DNA of 29,948 nucleotides from Perkinsus olseni (Eukaryota): NCBI GenBank assembly GCA_013115125.1, contig JABANN010000055.1, positions 62,001 to 91,948 of the forward strand, read 5' to 3'. Shown piece by piece: positions 23,101 to 29,948 of this stretch (position 1 is its first letter; each line of letters starts with the position of its first letter). The notes under the pieces were generated by a model. It saw only the letters and a program-made list of their open reading frames with translations, ran no database searches and was not told where the DNA came from. The position numbers and the translations under genes were made by a program.

Positions 23101-24009
23101 AGGAGCCCTGTACGGTACCGGAAGGGTATGTTATACCGCTGCCGGACGCAGCAGTACAGCAGCAGCGGAGCGAAGGGGATGTTGGACAATGTCAGGATGC
23201 AGCTATGAGCTCTGTAGAGGAGGCCGGTCCATGCCTCAGCCCGGATGGCCCTACGGTAGTACGGGAGTGAGGCTTCTTGCGATGAGGGAGTGTCTCCGCC
23301 CTAGTAGTCCGTGGATAGTACCGATGCATGGCTTTTAGTGTGGCGTTCAGCTGCCAGAAGACTCAGCGCAGAAGACAGCAGCTTCTCGACCTTCTAACGG
23401 ACAGTCGGATATGGACGCTTCATCGTCGACAGCGGAGCACGCAGCGGCCCAGCGGTAATATGAGTGAACATTCCTTGGACATCCTATCGGTTCACAACGA
23501 TGGCCTCTGCAAAGAGGTTCCTCAGGTGGTCCTCAGAGGCTCCTAGGACGGCAGTGGACGAGCAGTCAAGGCAGCCCCCAGAGGGGCTCAACTTGGAGGA
23601 TATGAACGCTCTTCTGGGGTCTGCTGTGGAAAGGCTGTCTACCAATTATCAACAGCTACAGGGTACTGTCGAGGGAAAAAGGATAGTATTCACTCTGTGC
23701 TGGTGCCTGTTTTCGTCAAGAGCAATGGGAAGAACTCTTTATTTAGCTGCCATCGTGCAATAGGTCTTTAGTAGAGTTCACGTTCGGAGCAGACATGATT
23801 TGTGCTCGATTCATCTCGAGGTTGGAGACTGGATGCTCCTAGGTCCAAGGTCGTGTAGTGTCGGTATCAGCTGTACCTCAGATCCAGACTCGGAGCTGTC
23901 GACGAGGTATCCAGCATTGCACGCCCTGCTTGAGGCTGCTGCTGCAGCAGCGTCGAGTGGGGACAGCGGCCACCACCAAGATACACAACGAAATAGCCAG
24001 TCGGACTGA
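20145..24009 (+). CDS. BAG6/Scythe-like protein with N-terminal ubiquitin-like domain (3' extent inferred)
   Basis: Clear UBL domain (VHVRRMNGVTLTYNV...DPMLQRLIFRGQVI...GQTVHMVVRP), a long Pro/Gly/Gln-rich middle, and C-terminal DPDSELSTRYPALHALL resembling the BAG6 terminal DPxY..RFP motif. Middle exons are not fully resolved, so this could be two genes. Confidence 0.6.
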
Positions 24010-24165
24010 CGATAGATTTTTTCATCTTCTTGTGCCAAAATTACGTTAAGATACCACCGCGTGTCCAGACTACGCTACTGCTGCCCCCGTTTCACCAGAG
24101 ACCTTGCATCGGTCTTGTTTTGACTAGAGGCAGCCAAGTCCGGTTTAGTATTTTTACTCATCCTA

Positions 24166-24670
24166 ATGACTAGTATGCGTACCATGTGTGGTGGTTTGGG
24201 CGAGGCAATGGCCGCTGATGACACTGTAAGAAGTCTGTGCAACAAGGTCCGCCCGGCCATCGAGCAGAGCAACAAATCCAATGCAGCCTTGTCGGAGTTT
24301 GAGCCGATATCATACAGAAGCCAGGTGACGGGGAGTGGTTCCTCGGGTGCTCTTTAACGTTGGAAATCCGGGCAGGGTTGAAGCTTCGAAGCCGTGAATT
24401 CCACCGCTACGAATGCTTCCCTGGCTCTCGCGGCACATACTGACGGTACAGGTGGTAGCTGGCACCAATTACTTTGTCAAGATCAAGGTCGGTCCAGATG
24501 CCTACGCTCATGCTAGGATCTTCCAGGTAGGCCACTGTATTGCTGGTGATGGCCGAGCGACAGTCACCCCGCTGTATCTTTGTTAGCCCCTCCCTTGCTA
24601 CGGCAGTACTCCTGAGCTCGGCGGCGTCCAGTGGGACATGGGCCAGGGGGATGATATAGCATATTTCTGA
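24166..24670 (+). CDS. type 1 cystatin (stefin), cysteine-protease inhibitor, 3 exons (start 24166 or 24184)
   Basis: MCGGLG N-terminus, Q|VVAGTNYFVKIKV (QxVxG motif split by intron 24324-24451), HARIFQ|PLPC and C-terminal DDIAYF*. No signal peptide. Confidence 0.95.
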
Positions 24671-24883
24671 TGAGCCCAGAAGGCGGCGATGATGATGGAC
24701 CCTTTGTAGGACTTTTTTTGGTACCATTCGGCCATGTTGTGCTCGTAGTTTAATCTGGTCGATATTGTTGCACTTGGAGTGTCCTAGTTCGCGAAGGTTG
24801 GCGCTTGACGGAACCGCGCTGCCGTACTCGGCTTCTACCGCGAGATAGTCACCAGTCAGCTGCACTAGTCAGCTGTCCCGCTC

Positions 24884-27800
24884 ATGTTTTCGAGGGCTCC
24901 TCGCTCCTCGTCACTATCACTCAGCCGTACAGTCGCGTCGCGGCGACTGTCCGCCCAGAGCTGCTCGACCGCTGAAAGCTCTTCCTCCTCCTCGGGCTGT
25001 AGCAGTTGCCACAGGGGCTGTGGCAGCACCTCGTGTAATACACCCTTTTTTGCCGACTAGTAGCAGCAGTGGTACCAACTCGACAGTCAGACTTCCTTGT
25101 CTGCTAGGGGGTATCGATGGGGGCGTGGAAGCCGAGGACGAGTCCGCCTCGAGTAACCCCTACGTTCAGTGGTTCCAGCTTCACATGAACAACGAGGCCA
25201 TCACTCGAGGGTAGTACCACCACCACCGGCAACCGCCCGAGATCTCCAGTTTTCACGGCCCGCCAGGTTCAAATTTGATCGTCATTTCGGCAGCCCATCC
25301 GAGCTGGATCCCCTGTATGTCGTGGAGCTCGACAACTTGGCCATGTGTACTCAGAAAACCAATTTCCTAAACCCACTTCTGAGAGCCAAGGTGAATGAAC
25401 TGCTGCGCCCCATCCAAGACGGCACTGGCTTCAGATTATTCGCCTCCTTCGGGACTTCGGAAATAAGAAGGACGTCGAGCGCTACGCAAGGTATGTCATG
25501 CAGCGGCAGCGGAGTCGAAGCAGCACTGAGCTACCGAGAGTCCTCTCCAGCGCATTCGTAAGGATACCACTCCGTGGCTTCCTCGCTTCGACCTTGGATA
25601 CGCTGACCACCGAATGCTGCAATGCTGTAGCGTGTGTATCCGTTGGCAGCTTCCCGAGAAGGAAGAGGATAAGGACAAGACCCGCCTTGACCGGATAACC
25701 AAGGGACAACACTTCCAGGAGCTCAAACATACCATGCCGGAGCTCTTCGATGTGCCCGCTCACTACGCTGCTTTCGGTAAAATGAAGCTTTTCTCAGCCC
25801 GAGAGGTCCCAGGAGATATCCGAGCTCCAACGGCTGTCCATCGCTCACGCTGAAGACAGCCGTCACCGACTCTACCAGCAGTTCTACTCTCCCGAGGCCG
25901 CGGTAGCCTACCTGGCTCATCGGTAAAAGGTCAGGATCCAGTCAGTTGCCCCACCTGTGCGGGTCGACAGGTTCTCCCCTGCTTATGCTGTGAACTTTAG
26001 AGTGCTGCATGAGGTCATGAAGCGGTGTCCGGACTTCAAGCCGACGTAACGTGAGAGAAGTGTCTGCTACCATAGCTCGCCAGTTCGGCTCGGGTTCTCA
26101 ACATGGACGCCTGCATCGGCTTCACCATGCTGTCGTGCGGATGCTTCTGGTCAGGTCCATCCTTGACTACGGCTCAGGGCCGGCACCATCAGTGTGTGCA
26201 GCAATGGATGTATGGGGGCAGAGGCTCATCAAGCAGGTCACCTGTATCGAGCCTAGTGTTCATATGAAGCAGATGGGCAAGTAAGCAGGCACTACTAGTT
26301 CGACTCTACTGCCCGCTGCTGAATACTCGTAGGGCTCCTCTCGTAGGGACCCATGGTTCCCAAATTGGCCGCTATTGTTTCAACTCCTGGTTCCTGTTGC
26401 CGTACTCATGAAATTTTCTATTTCCATGTAGACACCGTCACCAAGTAAAGGACACAAAATGCCCTCGTGAGTAGAAGAGTAGCTGTGAATATCGTATAAA
26501 TCAGGTCTGGGCCGACTCTCTAGTATCTGTTATCTCTGAAGAAAGCTTCGGACGGTTCGGTTCTTTCTCATTTTTTGTTTAGCGTTCTGTTGACCACAGG
26601 GCGACCTCGTTCCTCGTGCTTGGGTAGCTCTCAATTGCCGTATAATTTGCGACGCAAACGCATACATGCGTGTCCGACGTAATAAGCATACATACTTCGC
26701 TGATCAGGTACATGCTTTCTGATTTCTCCGCGAATGTCGAGTGGAGCTCTCAACTATATGACAGCAAGAACCAGAGACAAGGTATCATCACTATCAGCTA
26801 CGTCCTGATGCACCTTAAAGGACAGGAAGCCCGAGACTTGCTGGTAAATCGCTAACTCGACTGGATTTGCCACAACAAGCTGCTTCGGATCTCATTCGTC
26901 TTGCGGCCAGGCCAAGACCACTCCCCCCATGGCCGCCATCTCAGGTACGCAACCTGTGGAATCGGCTAGAGGACGGCGGGGTGCTGGTCGTCATCGAGGC
27001 TGGAACGCCAACCGGTTTCCGCTTCATCCATCACATTCGAGAACTATTCATTATGCAGCTCCCGTGGGTTGGACAATCCTGCTCAGCTGTCGTTGATGCG
27101 CCTCACTTCAGGCCTAAGGCTTTTCACTTCGTTGCCCCCTGCCCTCATGAGTCCATGTGCCCACTCGCCACCACGGGCAGAGACTGGTGCCACTTCCATC
27201 AAGGCGTGTAAGTCTCGTGTTCTCTACTCCGTCGTTTCCGTTCCCCGTAAGCGTCTTGAGAGCTGTCTTTTCGGCCGAGTGCTTGGTTCCACTAGAAATA
27301 CGGACTGTATCCTAACTCTTGCTAGGAAGAGGCTTCCTCACTACGTGTATAACAAGGGTTCGCAAGCCCGACATGTCGAGTGGGACAAGTTCAGCTTCTT
27401 AGTCGTCCGCAAAGGAGTGGGTGAGTCAGTCTATCAGCTTGCTGCGGTTTCCTGACTCCAATCTTAGGACCACGGCAAAAGTACGATAAGGAAGAAGATG
27501 CGCCAACGGCAGCCGAGAAGTCTTACTTCTGGCCGAGGCTGCTGATGCCTCCGATAAAGGCGGGGGGCCACACTCTAGTCGATGCTTGCAGTGCCCCTAA
27601 TAACTTCGAGAGGCTGTCCGTGTCGAAAGCCAAGCCGCACACTATGGGGTAGGCGGGCCTCTCTACCTCGCGTTGGCTTCATCATTCATGTTTGACGTGA
27701 AAGTTGGGAATCGCCATATGGGGACGTTGTCCTACTGTGATCCGGTTCGTGCGGTATCGACCTCGTTGACCGAGGATGATGCCGCTTTTGATGGTGCTCT

Positions 27801-28042
27801 CGTTTTGCCATAGGTATCGTTTCTCTCGTAAAGTAATGTGGGGCGATTTGTGGCGATTTCCCAAGCGAGTGAATCGTCGAAACGCCCGAGAGTACGTCCC
27901 AGAGGAGACCAAACGGCATCTGGAGCGGTTGGCGAAGAAAGCCTACGAGAACATAAGAGGCAAGAAGGACCACGAGAAAGGCACGACCAAAGAGGAGTTC
28001 AAAGACGAGAAGCAGGAAGAGCCTCTACATTATGGCAAATGA
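24884..28042 (+). CDS. METTL17: METTL17/Rsm22 mitochondrial small-subunit assembly factor (SAM-MTase fold, Fe-S cysteines)
   Basis: AYLAHRFSPAYA...VLHEVMKRCPDFKPTSILDYGSGP, IEPSVHM, LVVIEAGTPTGF, APCPHESMCP...WCHF, WPRLLMPPIKAGGHTLVDAC, YRFSRKVMWGDLW. Ser/Arg-rich presequence-like N-terminus from ATG 24884. Confidence 0.93.
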
Positions 28043-29449
28043 CCCTTTGTTGCATGTTTTCGACGATGTTTTGGCAATCCAAGGTTTCTGGGACCGATGG
28101 GCTTTTGTTTCTGAGCCGCGGAGAGGACAGAACATGCGCGCCGTCAGAAAAGCTCGTTTCTGTAGGAAAGTGGTTCAAGGCACCAGCGGTCTCGTAAAAT
28201 AAGAGAGTCCGTGAAAAACGTTTCATTTTGAAGTCTGCTGTGCCTCGCTGGGCTCTTTGTCGCATCGTTGATCACCACCACCGGCTTTGGCGCCTCAGCA
28301 AGTTGCCATCGTCTGCTTCATGGATGCCGGTCTTGGGCCTCTCAACAACACCGAGCAGTTCTCATGTAAATCCAGGGTTACACAATGTAACCTTGTGTTC
28401 ATAGGAGCACTACTCGTGTGCTCCTACCGAGGAATGATGTATCTTACATCGAAGCATGTCATGGAATTCATCGTCGTCCATTCCACATTGACCGGCCTGT
28501 GTGAGTTTGAAGTCCGAAGCCGACAGTACGGCTGAGTTTGACCATCACGGATTGGGCTCTGTATGAGCGATCGGTTCAGCCTGTTGAATAGGCCCTGTTC
28601 ATCGAGCCAAGGAGTGTTGCTAGAGCTACGAGCGAGGCTAGACAATAACAAAGGCTTTGTAGATTATGCTGACTATGACAACAAGAACAGGGAATACATC
28701 AGGTTGAGCATGAGAACCAGGAGAAAAAATAATTCCGACCATCATGACTATGACGGCAAAAGTAGAAAATTGGTGACTGTGACAGCAAAGGTAGACGAAA
28801 CACACACTGACAACAAGAAGATTTCTCATGCGGATGACTTTCCGGGGTAAGATGAAGGCCATCCGAGGCCGCCGCTCTAGGTAACTGCCCACAGCAAGCA
28901 CAGTCTACATTGGTTGGAACTAGACTCACTGGGCCGGATCGGCAACTCCGAGTTTCCCAGTTACAACGGAAGCCACTAGTTAGGGCGAAGCCAATACAGG
29001 CGTTTGGTCTACACGGCGCGGAGGCACCACACTTGATTTCTGGAGCTAGCAGAGCTACCACTGCAGTGCGCAAAAAAGGGAGAGACAAAATACTGATTTA
29101 CTGCCACTCAGTAACGCTCTCTTTACGCTTCTCAGATCCACGTTCGCTGCTCTATTGCGTGTGCACTCTCCTGACAACCGGGGTTTCACTCACTGAGGAT
29201 CGAAAATTCCAGTGGCTCGAGCGCTTTTTGGGGCTCTTGAAGCCCAGTAGAGCGGTTGAAACTCATACGCTGCAGCTCAGCCTCTCATCTTCAGCGAATA
29301 CCTTCACCCGAACACTAAACTCAACCACACCGTATGAACTATGAAGCCCATGAAGCAATGGGGATCCTGATAAATGTCTTAATGGTAATAAACCGCGTAA
29401 TCGAAACCCAGAATTCTCCGGGATCGGAGCGGCGAACTAATGAATGTTC

Positions 29450-29948
29450 TTATCGAGTACCCAAATTGTATTTCTGGGGTTGAAGGAAATAGTCGATGAC
29501 ATTGTTAACGACAACCTCCAACTTCTCCTGAGCCTCCTCCATACTCTCCTTATCGTTCGCCTCACAGTAGTACTTCACCTTGGGTTCGGTGCCAGATCCA
29601 CGAACGGTGACGGTAGCTTGATTATCAAAGTAGAGGGTAATCATTTGAGCATCAGGAGTCATTGGCAAGGTGGACTTCTTATCCTTATTCCTCGAATCAT
29701 AACCAAGAGTGACATCACGAACATCAGCTATCTTAGACGAGCCCAACTCGGCCTTGTAATTACCGTTATTGCGGAACTCATCGAACATCGTTTTCATAAC
29801 CTTGGGGTCATCGCAAATGAAGTAACCATTATGTTGAGCAAAGTAGCCGACCATCTTACGGAGTTCATTTAGTCGTTCGAGAAGAGTGATACCTTTCTCC
29901 TTACGCCAATAGTTAGCCATCTCACACCACACACTGCAAGCGCTGACA
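29450..29948 (-). CDS. PGM2: phosphoglucomutase-2/phosphopentomutase-like alpha-phosphohexomutase, 3' part (5' end beyond window)
   Basis: VSACSVWCEMA...VRDVTLGYDS...LP...QMITLYF...VRGSGTEPKVKYYCE...FLQPQKYNL*. Frame is open to the window edge. Confidence 0.92.
   Translation of the reverse strand, partial: VSACSVWCEMANYWRKEKGITLLERLNELRKMVGYFAQHNGYFICDDPKVMKTMFDEFRNNGNYKAELGSSKIADVRDVTLGYDSRNKDKKSTLPMTPDAQMITLYFDNQATVTVRGSGTEPKVKYYCEANDKESMEEAQEKLEVVVNNVIDYFLQPQKYNLGTR

Noticed and set aside
28699-29088. Cys-rich minus-strand ORF with a hydrophobic start (possible secreted protein)
   Set aside because: Starts at TTG with no nearby ATG or clear upstream exon, and no recognisable cysteine pattern.
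29444-29872. 142-aa hydrophobic plus-strand ORF
   Set aside because: Antisense shadow of PGM2.
1-29948. CRISPR arrays, transposase or reverse-transcriptase genes, rRNA or complete tRNA genes
   Set aside because: No regularly spaced repeats, no mobile-element protein motifs and no full cloverleaf or rRNA sequence seen.

Overview
Compact, intron-dense eukaryotic genomic DNA (roughly 55% GC by eye, mostly 40-70 nt GT-AG introns, intergenic gaps often 90-300 nt). The style fits an alveolate/myzozoan protist such as Perkinsus; this is an inference, not a database match. Genes form two divergent unidirectional blocks. The minus-strand block (about 1-19271) holds PARP1, a PPR-like protein, four tandem PAP2/DOLPP1-like phosphatase copies (two internally deleted), the GNL3/Nug1 GTPase and RSL1D1. 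The plus-strand block (19322-28042) holds mitochondrial uS8, a BAG6-like ubiquitin-domain protein, a stefin-type cystatin and METTL17/Rsm22. A convergent PGM2-like 3' end closes the window. The most unusual signals are two short spliceosomal introns made largely of an antisense tRNA 3' half, a box C/D snoRNA-like element antisense to a PARP1 intron with a 10-nt 18S rRNA complement, microhomology-bounded in-frame deletions in the PAP2 array, and a candidate GA-AG intron. CDS coordinates are gene spans including introns, spliced by eye.
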